In this document: in pieces, positions 54,344 through 64,000 of the stretch
Layout of the letters: each line of letters opens with the position of its first letter
Numbering within the stretch: position 1 is the stretch's first letter
DNA from: an uncultured Candidatus Poseidoniales archaeon
GTDB lineage: Archaea; Thermoplasmatota; Poseidoniia; Poseidoniales; Poseidoniaceae
Length of the DNA stretch: 64,000 nucleotides
Direction of reading: 5' to 3'
Assembly: GCA_905182125.1 (NCBI GenBank)
Contig: CAJJAV010000011.1
Location: forward strand, 9,934-73,933
Notes under the pieces: model-generated
What the model was told of the DNA's origin: nothing
Databases searched by the model: none
What the model saw: only the letters and a program-made list of their open reading frames with translations
Program-made: the position numbers and the translations under genes

Positions 54344-56942
54344 AGTCGTCGCTTGTTTCGAGCAAGAAAATTGCTTCACGGGTCAATTTGTATCGGTTCT
54401 TAATTCCCATCTTTCGCTTCTCAACCAAGCCGAACTTTTGCAATGTTCGCAAGTGATGGGATACGAGCTGTTGGCTCTTTTCGAGGCGCTTGGCAAGTTC
54501 GGCTTGAGTCGGGAATTCACCCATTGGCCCGTCTGCATCGAGCAGAGTGAGTATTTTTCCTTGGAGGCTGTTTGGGTCAGGCGAAAGCGGAGGTACTGGA
54601 AGGTCCTGTTCACTCATGGCAGGGTTCATGGTGTTGGTGAGAGGGTAATATCGGACCAAGCGTCCATCTTTTCGGCGCCAAATCACTTCTTCATTTTCTA
54701 AGATTCGAAGGTGGTGAGTGATCTGGCCATTGCTCATGTCGAGTGCTGCCATGAGCGCACGGAAATGGCAACCTGGGTTCGCAGTCAAGTACCCCATTAA
54801 CCGACCACGTTGGTAGCGGCCATCGGTTGTCTCATGGGTTCGTCCAACCATGCCCAAGAACCACAGTCCTGCCGCAGTTGACGGGATGCGCAAGGATTCG
54901 TTGCCAAGCACAAAGGTGACCAAGAGGGACAAAAGGGAAGTGGTTGTCAAGATCACAAGCACACTTGGTGCATACGATTGGGCGGCATCTTTAGCAACCA
55001 CAATCGGAGCATCGACGGTTTGCTCGGTCGTTTCACCAGCTACGGAGGGTGAGGCCTCGGTTTCGACCGAGCGTAATTCGATGGAGGCTGCTTGGAACAT
55101 GGCGCATGCAGGGGCTGCGTCCGAAGAAACGGCACCGTAGGTACCCGACCAACCTTGTTGAGGGGCCCAAGAACCAAGAGCGGCTCGAGATAGAAGCAGT
55201 TGACCTTCTTGTGGGGAATCGAGGATCCAACATGTTCCATCCTCGGTCAAGACGCCCGACCAGGTCCCGCTGATGAGCCGTGATGCTTCTGGTTCGAGTT
55301 CTTCGACGATGGCGACGGGTTGGGCTGTCACTGTTTCGAGGATTGGCCAGTCAAAAACGAAACCTGCTGAGGTGGTGGGATTTGATTCGAGCGTGACAAC
55401 AAGTTGATAGGTGCCATCGGGGAAGGTTTCATTGTTGAGATCAACCATGTGGATTTGGTCTCCTTCAAGCACAAGGTTCTCTACCAGTGGCCCGTAAGGT
55501 AACACCAGATGACGTCCATCGTTATCTTTGCAAACAGTTTTTTGTTGGTGTACTTCTTCATTCGAAGGAAGGGCCATGATGGCCACTGTGACCGAACAAG
55601 GACTAACCCATCGGAGATCGACTTCGCTGCTGCGGGGTTCGAGCATCACGTCCAGATCAAAACCGTTCGCAACTCCCGTCAGGGAAGTGGTGATGTCGAG
55701 GTCAAGATCCCCTGCACAGTTATTGGTGATACCTTGGTTGTAGTCAATGGCTTGGGCTGCTGCGAGATGAAATTGCGGAACTTCCACAATCACAGTGTAG
55801 TGGCCTGAAGCAACTTGACAACCAACCATGTTGTTAAACGTCCAATCTGGAAGGGAAAACATCACTTCTTCTTCTGAATCCAGACTGTAGTCCATGTTGA
55901 TGGCGTTGCAGGATTTGAGTGGGCGGCTGTCAAACACGACATCGCCCTGATCGTTCACGACCCAAAGTTCAGCACGGCAAGTGTCTGTGAACCGCAACGA
56001 TTGTTCCTCTGGACCTACATTGCGCATGTTCATTGTTGCCTGCATAATGTCTCTCCCGCCGTATGGGACATCGCCAAGGCCAATCAGCGTCACATCAAGA
56101 GCATCTTGTAATGTGGGGTCAAAAGCGACTTCTGGTTCAGCGATGTCAAGGGTAAGTGAAGCGGTGAGTGATTGACCTGGAAGCGTCATAGTGACTGAGT
56201 TAATGCCTGTGAGCAATGCACCAGCAGAAAGGAGTGTTTGCTCGATTAAAATTTCTTCATAAGCACCGATTTGAATTTTATCCGGCATGCACGGAGAGGT
56301 GAGGCTAGTCGCTCCATTGACGGTGAGTTGATTCAGGCAACCACCAAGGTCTGGCAAGGTCACACGTCGCGGTGTTGGATTGTGAAGCACTGCTGAAAGA
56401 ACCATCTCATCGCTTGCAACGAGGGGCCCAAGCCGACTGCTGATCGTGATTGAGAGGGTGAGTGCTTCAGGTACGCTCACATTGGTCTGCACGTGAACTT
56501 CTTGCGCGACGGTTCGAGCCGTAGCGGTGTGGAGGGCCACAACTGAGTACCAACCAGGTCGCACCTCTTCGCCACTGGCATCGGTTAAATCCCACGTCAG
56601 CGGTGCAAAATCATAGGTCTCGTCTGACGCCAAGTCAACCATCTGTGACTGTCCGCGGCATTTTGTCCGTTCGTCGAGGATGATTTGTCCCAAGGCATCG
56701 GTCACTTGGAGCACTGCCCCGCACGATGGATCATTTTCAAAGGTCGTCGAAGCACCATCATTCACAAAGGATGATCGAAGTTCGACGGCATCACCAGAAA
56801 CGTACCAGGCGGCATTTGGTTGAGGTACCAATTCGGATTCCATCCGCACATCCGCATCATCTGCGGTTGCGAAAACTGGGAGTGTCGACAGCATAAGCAG
56901 GGTCACCAGAACCACTGCACCGCCACGCATACGCCCCGCCAT
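54330..56942 (-). CDS. Transmembrane transcriptional regulator: large extracellular Ig-like repeats, TM, tandem wHTH
   Basis: Signal peptide after MAGRMRGG; Cys-paired repeats; TM; RGRLMGYL.ANPG.HF..L..AL..SNG...HHL..LE; second wHTH TQAELAKRL.KSQQLVSHHL. Confidence 0.85.
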   Translation of the reverse strand: MAGRMRGGAVVLVTLLMLSTLPVFATADDADVRMESELVPQPNAAWYVSGDAVELRSSFVNDGASTTFENDPSCGAVLQVTDALGQIILDERTKCRGQSQMVDLASDETYDFAPLTWDLTDASGEEVRPGWYSVVALHTATARTVAQEVHVQTNVSVPEALTLSITISSRLGPLVASDEMVLSAVLHNPTPRRVTLPDLGGCLNQLTVNGATSLTSPCMPDKIQIGAYEEILIEQTLLSAGALLTGINSVTMTLPGQSLTASLTLDIAEPEVAFDPTLQDALDVTLIGLGDVPYGGRDIMQATMNMRNVGPEEQSLRFTDTCRAELWVVNDQGDVVFDSRPLKSCNAINMDYSLDSEEEVMFSLPDWTFNNMVGCQVASGHYTVIVEVPQFHLAAAQAIDYNQGITNNCAGDLDLDITTSLTGVANGFDLDVMLEPRSSEVDLRWVSPCSVTVAIMALPSNEEVHQQKTVCKDNDGRHLVLPYGPLVENLVLEGDQIHMVDLNNETFPDGTYQLVVTLESNPTTSAGFVFDWPILETVTAQPVAIVEELEPEASRLISGTWSGVLTEDGTCWILDSPQEGQLLLSRAALGSWAPQQGWSGTYGAVSSDAAPACAMFQAASIELRSVETEASPSVAGETTEQTVDAPIVVAKDAAQSYAPSVLVILTTTSLLSLLVTFVLGNESLRIPSTAAGLWFLGMVGRTHETTDGRYQRGRLMGYLTANPGCHFRALMAALDMSNGQITHHLRILENEEVIWRRKDGRLVRYYPLTNTMNPAMSEQDLPVPPLSPDPNSLQGKILTLLDADGPMGEFPTQAELAKRLEKSQQLVSHHLRTLQKFGLVEKRKMGIKNRYKLTREAIFLLETSDDFIRD

Positions 56943-57030
56943 GTGGTGAGAGAGGTCCTCATTACTTGAAAGCCCAGCGGTCCGTACCGTGTGTAGAGGC
57001 GAAGCAAATTTGCAACCAAGAGAACTGATT

Positions 57031-57765
57031 GTGACAGAGCGATTCGTGGTGCTACAAGCCCAATTAGGTGAATGGGACAACCTCAACCACTTGCTGGTTT
57101 GTGTCCAAACCAAACAAGCAGTCATCATCGATCCGTTTGATGGCCATTTTTGGCATGATGTGTGCCGGCAGCGCGGGTGGACCCTCAACGAGGTATGGCT
57201 TACACACAGCCATTGGGACCATGTCAAAGGCGTCAAAGAGGCAAAAGAAATAGGCAGTGATTCAATCTGTGTTCGGAGCCATGCGTTTGAACGACAACGG
57301 GATTGGGATGGCGAAGTGGATGAAGAGTGGACGCATGAACCGAATTCGCACACTGAATTAAGCCTCGGAAATTTGAGGTTTGAAGCCCATTGCACCCCCG
57401 GACACACGCCTGGGCATACGACCTTCATCGGTGAAGGCATCGTGGTGTCAGGAGACTGCCTGTTCCTTGGCCGTTGTGGGCGAACTGATTTGTTTGGTGG
57501 CGACCCTGTAGCCCAACGAAGGACCTTGCATTACCTGCGCGACATCATGGCAGACCTGCCTTCTTCTTGGTTGGTGCTCCCCGGCCATCAGTATCAACTC
57601 GCTGACGGGCAAACACCGACCTCGATGAGCATCGGCGACGTCCTCCAAACCAATGAAGCGCTGTTGGCAGTTGATAGCGATCAAGCGTGGGCTGAACTGC
57701 CGTTTTTGGCGTTCGAGGACAGCATGGCGGAACAGGCTCGGCGTAAGCGGGCCCGAAGGGCGTAA
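57031..57765 (+). CDS. MBL-fold metallo-hydrolase (glyoxalase II-like)
   Basis: THSHWDH, TPGHTPG, SGDCLF, PGH. Confidence 0.9.
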   Translation: MTERFVVLQAQLGEWDNLNHLLVCVQTKQAVIIDPFDGHFWHDVCRQRGWTLNEVWLTHSHWDHVKGVKEAKEIGSDSICVRSHAFERQRDWDGEVDEEWTHEPNSHTELSLGNLRFEAHCTPGHTPGHTTFIGEGIVVSGDCLFLGRCGRTDLFGGDPVAQRRTLHYLRDIMADLPSSWLVLPGHQYQLADGQTPTSMSIGDVLQTNEALLAVDSDQAWAELPFLAFEDSMAEQARRKRARRA

Positions 57766-57771
57766 ACACCC

Positions 57772-60700
57772 TCAGAGTTGGTCCAAATCGAACATGGTTG
57801 GGATGGCGGCTTGAGTTGCTGCTTCCTCTTGCATTTCATGCTGTTTCCACTGTGGGACGGCAGCTGGCTCGACCCAACCAAGCGATCGTGCTTCGTCAAG
57901 TTCACCTGCAGCCACATAATGCTCAATCCAAGCTTCACGGCGTTCTTCTTCTTCAGAGAATGCCATGTTGACTTTGAGTTCTTCAGCGCGTTCACCAGAA
58001 GCCTTTCGCTTGCTAGCTGCTTTTGCGATTTGTGCTACAAAGATCAGTGCAAGAAGCAGAACAATTGCTCCGGCCATGAACATCAAGGTTGTTGTATCTC
58101 CAATCAAGGAAGCGGCCTCATCGCCGTCGCCACTGGTGATGCCTGGATCGCTTGTGATTGTGCACGTCACGGCATCCGGGCCGGTAAGGACACCGTTGGT
58201 GACCGCTGGGTCCCATGGGCACGGGTCGTAAAGGTCGGCTCGGCCGTCTTCATCGCTGTCAACGCATCCAAACTCTTCAAGGGAAGATGTGCCGAATTCT
58301 TTGCGGCATGAATCAGGTTGGAACGCAGCTTGAGGTATCATCAGACCTTCATCACCATCAGGGTCGTAGACGCTGTTGTCACCAAAACCATCGCCATCGA
58401 AATCATTCCATTGGCTCGGCTCAAGTGGGAATGCGTCAGGTTGGTAGAAACTGGTTTGGTTGTCCCCCCATCCGTCGCCATCGAGGTCAGACCATTGGTC
58501 AGGAACTGTGGGGAAGGCATCGCCAGATTGATTTCTCACCTGGACGGTCTGTCCGGGGTTGTCAAGATCGATAAGCGTATCATTGAACCATTCATAATTG
58601 TCACCCCAACCATCGCCATCGGTGTCAACCCATTGCAAGGTGTCGTTCGGGAAGGCGTCATCAACATCCGCCCATCCGTCGAAATCTGCATCAGGGCAAC
58701 CTTGTCTATTGTTTTCGAAGGATTTACCATAGACGTCTGCACAATCATCACCGCTTGGTACGGCGGTGTTATCGCCGTAGCCATCGCCATCGGCATCGGC
58801 CCATTGGAATGGGTCTTCCCAGAAAGCATCGATTGGGTCGACGAAACCGTCGCCATCGTAATCTGAACATCCACGGGTGCCAACATCGGTGGATTTCCCA
58901 TAGACGAGCGGACAAACATCGGAGTAACCTTCGGAAATACCGTCGCCATCAGCGTCGATGAAGTTGTCACCGTAGCCATCGCCATCTGTGTCTTCCCATT
59001 GGTCAGGGTCCTGCCAGAATGCATCGCCATTGAATCCATTTGGATTGTCACCGCGGCCATCGCCATCGGTGTCTTTCCATTGGGAAGTGTCGTCAGGGAA
59101 GGCATCGGGGTTGTTTCCGTCAGGATTGTCACCGCGGTTGTCACCGTCTCGGTCCGCCCATTGTGTTGAATCATCAGGGAACGGATCGCCTGCGTTCGAG
59201 TAGCCGTCGTTGTCGCGGTCAGCACAGCCAATGCGGTCCACAGTAGAGGTTCCAGCTTCATTTGGGCATTCGTCTGCGTTGTTGCCGCTGACGTTGCTGC
59301 CGAAGCCGTCACCGTCTTCGTCGCACCATTGTGTTGGGTCGTCCGGGAAAGCGTCTGCTTGGTAGCAATCTCCGGTTGAAGGCCAGTTCGCATCTGGGTC
59401 GGACCAACCGTCGCCATCGGTGTCAAGGCATCCAAGGCGATCGAATTCAGAATCGCCGTAAATTGTTGGGCACCCATCAGGTCGGTCGCTCATTTGGTTG
59501 TCGCCAACCCAATCGCCATCCGAATCCAGCCATTGGGTTCGGTCGAGTGGGAAGGCGTCTGGATTGACGGCTGACGATTGGAGCACACCCGGCCATTCAG
59601 AGGGCCTGAAGTTGTTCCATGTGGCGTTTTCATAATTGTCGCCCCAGCCGTCGCCATCGGTATCGTTCCATTGGGTCGCATCGTTCGGGAAAGCGTCCCC
59701 TGATTGATTCATGTGAAGTTGTGCATCGTTGAGATCAAAGTAGTAATTGTCACCGTAGCCATCAGCATCCGCATCGACCCATTGAAGTGGATCTGCGGGG
59801 TAGGTGTCACCTTCGTCAGACCAACCATCGCCGTCAGCATCTGGGCATCCAAACCTGTCTTGGTTTGATGTGCCGTATGTTGCTGCGCAAGAATCGGGTT
59901 GGTAGGCTGGAAGGTCTGGCGTCGAGGCGTTAGAGTCGTCGTCATAGACCAGGTTGTCCCCATAGCCATCTGCGTCGCTGTCGGTCCATTGAGAGCCTTC
60001 CGAAGGGAAAGCATCAATCACACCATCGCCTTGGTCAGTGGTGTTGTAGCCATCGTTGTCTTCATCAATGTCTGCATACCAAAAGTACAGGCCTTCGTCG
60101 TTCCGGCCGTGGGCGGTGATGATGTGGGTTCCCAAAGGACTCACTGCAATAGCATTGATTTGGCCACAGTTGTTCCCTTGGCCTGAATTGCAGCCGCTGT
60201 TTGGTATTGGCCCGACGATGGCATCCACTTGGACGCCCGTATCTGATTCATACACCCGGGCAGTATTGGAGTCTGCTTGGTACCAACTCATTCCAGCAAT
60301 GACTTGCACGCTGTCGTGGGAAAAGGCGGTTGAAAGGCAGGAAGTGGAGGTCGTCTTTTGCCAAATTCGAGTCCATGAAACTCCGTTGAACTTGTACACA
60401 TCGAAACTGGCAGACTGGCCTTCCCAGGCGCCGCACATAGAGATGTAATTGCCATCTGATGACCAAGCGAGGGCGTTGACGCCATCAGATGGATCGGAAA
60501 TGCTCCAAACAGTAGCTTGGGATGAAACGTTGACAATGTAGAAGTCGCCGCTCGCAGCGAGAGCGATGTGCTCTCCATCTGGAGAGAACACAGCGTCATA
60601 GAAGCGGTCTTCACCGCTTGGATTCAAGCTGTAGAGGTTTTGCCCGTTTGAAGTTTGAATCAAAAAGACCTGTCCGTTTGTACCGCCGTTGCCGGAACGG

Positions 60701-61281
60701 CCGATTGAGACTGCGACAAGGTCGCTGGCTGGATTGAACTCGACGTCATAGACGTAGTCACCGCCACCTACGTCAACGCTAATTGTGCCGTGGACCGAGG
60801 TCAGGTTGGTTGCGTAATAGATGTCAATTGTATCGTCATCGAGCCCCGCTGCGATGTATTGCCCGTCTGGTGAATAGGAGACAGAGGTGACTTCTCCGCC
60901 AGATATTGCGTTCACTGAGCGTGTGTTGATATGGGTGCTTGCGTTCCAAACTCGAACAAAGCCGTCTTCGGACCCGGTGACAACAAACTCACCGGTTGGC
61001 GAATAATCGACACCTACATAGTCAACGTTGGAAGTCACTGTGAATTCGTTTTGGTAATTTGGATTTTTGATGGACCAACCATCGTTGAAGTCAGAGGTCC
61101 CATCACCATCGCGGTCTGGACAACCGTCACGATCAACATCGGAGGTGCCCGCAGACCACGGGCAATCGTCGACGGAGTTTTCGATACCGTCACCGTCTGA
61201 GTCTGCACCCATGACAATCGGTGTGAGCGCCATTGCCATCATCAGAGCAACAAGAAGAAAGCCACTGGTTCGCCGACGCAT
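57772..61281 (-). CDS. WD40 propeller + TSP3-repeat membrane protein
   Basis: Signal peptide; YSP.G/FSPDG WD40 repeats; many QW.D.DGDG.GD repeats; C-terminal TM. Confidence 0.88.
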   Translation of the reverse strand: MRRRTSGFLLVALMMAMALTPIVMGADSDGDGIENSVDDCPWSAGTSDVDRDGCPDRDGDGTSDFNDGWSIKNPNYQNEFTVTSNVDYVGVDYSPTGEFVVTGSEDGFVRVWNASTHINTRSVNAISGGEVTSVSYSPDGQYIAAGLDDDTIDIYYATNLTSVHGTISVDVGGGDYVYDVEFNPASDLVAVSIGRSGNGGTNGQVFLIQTSNGQNLYSLNPSGEDRFYDAVFSPDGEHIALAASGDFYIVNVSSQATVWSISDPSDGVNALAWSSDGNYISMCGAWEGQSASFDVYKFNGVSWTRIWQKTTSTSCLSTAFSHDSVQVIAGMSWYQADSNTARVYESDTGVQVDAIVGPIPNSGCNSGQGNNCGQINAIAVSPLGTHIITAHGRNDEGLYFWYADIDEDNDGYNTTDQGDGVIDAFPSEGSQWTDSDADGYGDNLVYDDDSNASTPDLPAYQPDSCAATYGTSNQDRFGCPDADGDGWSDEGDTYPADPLQWVDADADGYGDNYYFDLNDAQLHMNQSGDAFPNDATQWNDTDGDGWGDNYENATWNNFRPSEWPGVLQSSAVNPDAFPLDRTQWLDSDGDWVGDNQMSDRPDGCPTIYGDSEFDRLGCLDTDGDGWSDPDANWPSTGDCYQADAFPDDPTQWCDEDGDGFGSNVSGNNADECPNEAGTSTVDRIGCADRDNDGYSNAGDPFPDDSTQWADRDGDNRGDNPDGNNPDAFPDDTSQWKDTDGDGRGDNPNGFNGDAFWQDPDQWEDTDGDGYGDNFIDADGDGISEGYSDVCPLVYGKSTDVGTRGCSDYDGDGFVDPIDAFWEDPFQWADADGDGYGDNTAVPSGDDCADVYGKSFENNRQGCPDADFDGWADVDDAFPNDTLQWVDTDGDGWGDNYEWFNDTLIDLDNPGQTVQVRNQSGDAFPTVPDQWSDLDGDGWGDNQTSFYQPDAFPLEPSQWNDFDGDGFGDNSVYDPDGDEGLMIPQAAFQPDSCRKEFGTSSLEEFGCVDSDEDGRADLYDPCPWDPAVTNGVLTGPDAVTCTITSDPGITSGDGDEAASLIGDTTTLMFMAGAIVLLLALIFVAQIAKAASKRKASGERAEELKVNMAFSEEEERREAWIEHYVAAGELDEARSLGWVEPAAVPQWKQHEMQEEAATQAAIPTMFDLDQL

Positions 61282-61334
61282 GTTATTCCGTTCATTTCGT
61301 CATAAAAGGTGTTGTGGTTCTGTTGTGCGGAGAA

Positions 61335-62960
61335 ATGACTGCAAACGAAGCAATAAAAGTTCACCCATACAAGGGAAGCGTTGAGAAGGAAGCCCGCCCA
61401 GCGAGGGGCGTGAGCGAAGGTCTTCCGAAGGTCAGTGTAGCGGTATTGGATCGCGTACTGCTCCATTTGAACGATCATGAATCTCAAGCAGACCGCTATG
61501 TCGTTGGTCCTGAGTTGACCCGTCCCGGCATCGCTGAAGCATGTGCACAGCACCCACCCAACGTCAGCAGGGCCATGCGGACGCTGCTCAAAGATGGCCT
61601 CGTTGAAGAACACACGCGAAGTGTTCGCAATGAAGACCGCCGACAAAAAACATGGCAATTAAGCGAACAAGGACGGGAAAAAGCGACCGAACGGCACGAG
61701 AATTTAGGTCAGACCAAAGTCCTCTTGCGCAACAATGAAGGGGAACTGTTGGAACTTCATGCAAGTGACGCTGCTGCTCGTTTGGAAGCAGATATCTCGC
61801 TTTTGCAAATTTTACTCCACGCACAACACGAAGGTGTGCTCACTTATGGTGACATTCGTTTCGGCCGAATCCAAAGAACCGATGGCCATCTCCCTGCTCC
61901 TGGTCGATTGACAGCGATGACGGGCGCACACGCCACGTACAACAATCACCCGCCTGAAACCAGGCCCGTCCACGGCCGTGAAAAGGAAATTGAGGCGTTA
62001 CAAACATGGTTCAAAGAGCGAAAACCATGTGCGGTCGTGCATGGCATAGCAGGCATCGGGAAGTCCACATTAGTTGCCCATTGGTTACAACAACTGCTCA
62101 AAGAAGATCCATACCTCTCTGTATGCTGGTACCCGTGTCAACCGTGGGACAGAGCGCTTGGGCTTGCAACAAGTCTACTCCATCGCTTTGGTATCGATGA
62201 ATCCCATGACCCCTACAACCTCATCGAGACATTGCCATTAAGCCCCGGCGGGAAAATCGATGTCGATGCTTGGCGGCGTCGACTTTTGACGTACCTGACC
62301 GATGCTCGCACCATCCGCGAACGATTCAAGGACGAGGTCGGTGGGCCACCCCCGTATTGGCTCATCGTCCTCGACGATGTCCACCACATGGAAGAGAAAG
62401 CAAAAGAGCTGCTTGGGGCGTTGCTGCAAATTGCCAGCAAAGCACCGCTTCGTTTAGTGTTCATTTCCCGCACCACTCTGAAGGTCTATGACCGCAGAGA
62501 CGTCCATACGAGGGAGATTGTCCGAGAGTACCCAATCGCCGGACTAAGCCTCGAAGAAACAAAGGTTTGGCTGGATGAATTGGACCATCCCTCGAAACTG
62601 CAAGCCGATGAAGTTCATGCTGCAACCGGAGGCCACCCGCTCGCCCTCGAATTGCTGGAACTGTATGGACAACCAACGCACGGGGATTGGCTCCGATTTT
62701 TAGATGAAGAAATCCTCGCGTCGCTTCCTCAAGGTGAACAAAACCTGCTCGCAACCTTGGCATTGGCTGAAAAACCAATGCAGTGGGCCATGCTTGCACA
62801 GGCTGTAGGTTGGGAAGGGTTGCCCCCGGAAAACCTGCTGAAGCACGGACTTTTGATTGAGTTGGACGAAGGAATGTGGCTTCACGAAGCGCTACGAGAG
62901 CGCTTGCTGCGAGAAGTTGGAACGAAGCAAGAGCAACGGAAAGCAAGCCTAAGTGAGTGA
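61335..62960 (+). CDS. wHTH + STAND-class P-loop NTPase
   Basis: N-terminal T..GIA.A....P.NVSR....L...GLV; GIAGIGKST; LIVLDDVH; FISR; TGGHPLALEL; LHEALRE. Confidence 0.8.
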   Translation: MTANEAIKVHPYKGSVEKEARPARGVSEGLPKVSVAVLDRVLLHLNDHESQADRYVVGPELTRPGIAEACAQHPPNVSRAMRTLLKDGLVEEHTRSVRNEDRRQKTWQLSEQGREKATERHENLGQTKVLLRNNEGELLELHASDAAARLEADISLLQILLHAQHEGVLTYGDIRFGRIQRTDGHLPAPGRLTAMTGAHATYNNHPPETRPVHGREKEIEALQTWFKERKPCAVVHGIAGIGKSTLVAHWLQQLLKEDPYLSVCWYPCQPWDRALGLATSLLHRFGIDESHDPYNLIETLPLSPGGKIDVDAWRRRLLTYLTDARTIRERFKDEVGGPPPYWLIVLDDVHHMEEKAKELLGALLQIASKAPLRLVFISRTTLKVYDRRDVHTREIVREYPIAGLSLEETKVWLDELDHPSKLQADEVHAATGGHPLALELLELYGQPTHGDWLRFLDEEILASLPQGEQNLLATLALAEKPMQWAMLAQAVGWEGLPPENLLKHGLLIELDEGMWLHEALRERLLREVGTKQEQRKASLSE

Positions 62961-62961
62961 C

Positions 62962-63291
62962 TCAGAAGTCTTCGGCGCCCATGTGCTCATCGACCCATTT
63001 TAGGACGGATGCTTTTGGCATAGCGCCGCTTTTTTTGCTCACGAGTTTGCCGTTGTTGTAAAGGAACATTGCAGGGATCCCACGCACGCCTAGACGGCCT
63101 GCATTCATTGGATTGGAATCGGTATCGACTTTCGCCACAATGAGTTCACGCTCATCTGCAACTTGAGACAGAACAGGTCCGAGCGCCTTGCATGGACCGC
63201 ACCATGGGGCCCAGAAGTCGACAAGGACCCAATTGTTGTCATTGACGGTTGTTTCGAATTCGCTGTCAGTTACCGCTCTCACTTCACCCAT
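62962..63291 (-). CDS. trxA: Thioredoxin
   Basis: VDFWAPWCGPCK, GIP. Confidence 0.96.
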   Translation of the reverse strand: MGEVRAVTDSEFETTVNDNNWVLVDFWAPWCGPCKALGPVLSQVADERELIVAKVDTDSNPMNAGRLGVRGIPAMFLYNNGKLVSKKSGAMPKASVLKWVDEHMGAEDF

Positions 63292-63408
63292 TGGCTCACC
63301 TTTCCTTTCCTTCGGCCCGGAGATTATGAGGTTTTGTACGCCGCATCATACAAAAATTGGACGAAATCCTCATCACAAGGCCCCGCTTGGAGTAAGCAAG
63401 GCGGTCCT

Positions 63409-64000
63409 ATGATTATTGCACCCAGCGTCCTCACGGCAGATTTGGCCGATCTTGCTACCGATTGCCGAGAAGCGCTTGATGCAGGGCTAAACTGGTTGCA
63501 TCTCGACATCATGGATGGGAACTTTGTCCCGAACCTCACCTTCGGACCCCCCGTGATCAAATCCCTTCGCAAGGCGCTCGGCGATCAAGCGGTCTTCGAT
63601 GCACACTTGATGATTTCAAACGCAGAGTTGTGCTTCCAAGATTATATCGATGCGGGGTGCAATCACCTTTCGGTCCATGTTGAAGCGACCACACATCTGC
63701 ATCGCCTCGTCACGGCCATTCGAGCTGCTGGAGCAACTGTAGGCGTGGTGCTGAACCCCGGGACACCTGTGGATGCTGCGCTTGAGGTGCTCTCCGAATT
63801 GGATTTGGTGCTCGTGATGAGCGTGAACCCTGGCTTTGGAGGTCAATCCTTCATCCCAGCCGTTGAAAAGAAAATTAGAACCCTCAAAGCAGCAATTGAT
63901 GCGCAAGTTGCTGCAGGTGGACGCCCCGTGCAAATTCAAATTGACGGTGGCGTGAAAGCCCACAACATCGCTATGCTCCAATCATGGGGCGTCGGCAATT
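63409..64000 (+). CDS. rpe: Ribulose-phosphate 3-epimerase (3' truncated by window edge)
   Basis: Own translation: MIIAPSVLTAD...LHLDIMDGNFVPNLTFG...DAHLM...VHVE...VMSVNPGFGGQ...IDGG. Confidence 0.95.
   Translation, partial: MIIAPSVLTADLADLATDCREALDAGLNWLHLDIMDGNFVPNLTFGPPVIKSLRKALGDQAVFDAHLMISNAELCFQDYIDAGCNHLSVHVEATTHLHRLVTAIRAAGATVGVVLNPGTPVDAALEVLSELDLVLVMSVNPGFGGQSFIPAVEKKIRTLKAAIDAQVAAGGRPVQIQIDGGVKAHNIAMLQSWGVGN

Noticed and set aside
56943-57440. N-terminal 166 aa of the 1036-aa ORF
   Set aside because: Overlaps the MBL hydrolase on the other strand; the signal peptide indicates a start at 56942 (or 56930).

Overview
Gene-dense archaeal chromosomal window. Its gene content and style point to Marine Group II Euryarchaeota (Poseidoniales, Thermoplasmatota); this is inferred from archaeal core genes together with many large thrombospondin-type-3 (TSP3) repeat membrane proteins and PGF-CTERM proteins. 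Core genes: rps28e, rpl24e, ndk, aIF5B, GINS, uS10, EF-1alpha, pyk, PolB, ilvE, SRP19, rps8e, enolase, pantoate kinase, LeuRS, thioredoxin, rpe and tRNA-Leu(CAA). Several large secreted or membrane proteins are interspersed. The first ~3.7 kb has several apparent single-base insertions (aIF5B, MoxR) that look like assembly errors. I saw no CRISPR array, transposase, integrase or rRNA. Best leads: (1) a ~190-nt multi-helix, possibly pseudoknotted, unannotated RNA-like element in front of a heavy-metal ATPase (14619-14810); (2) cytoplasmic tails of surface proteins that share a PP[PK]RPxDLDE motif or carry WW-like Trp-rich mini-domains; (3) a ParA + RHH + degenerate PIN-like cassette near a long head-rod-tail coiled-coil protein; (4) an archaeal CDIN1/C15orf41-like nuclease; (5) a one-component transmembrane wHTH regulator and a sensor-less STAND ATPase; (6) an HmuY-like domain beside a fasciclin-cupredoxin; (7) a zinc-finger insertion in aIF5B. 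All assignments come from motif recognition by eye; no searches or folding programs were run.
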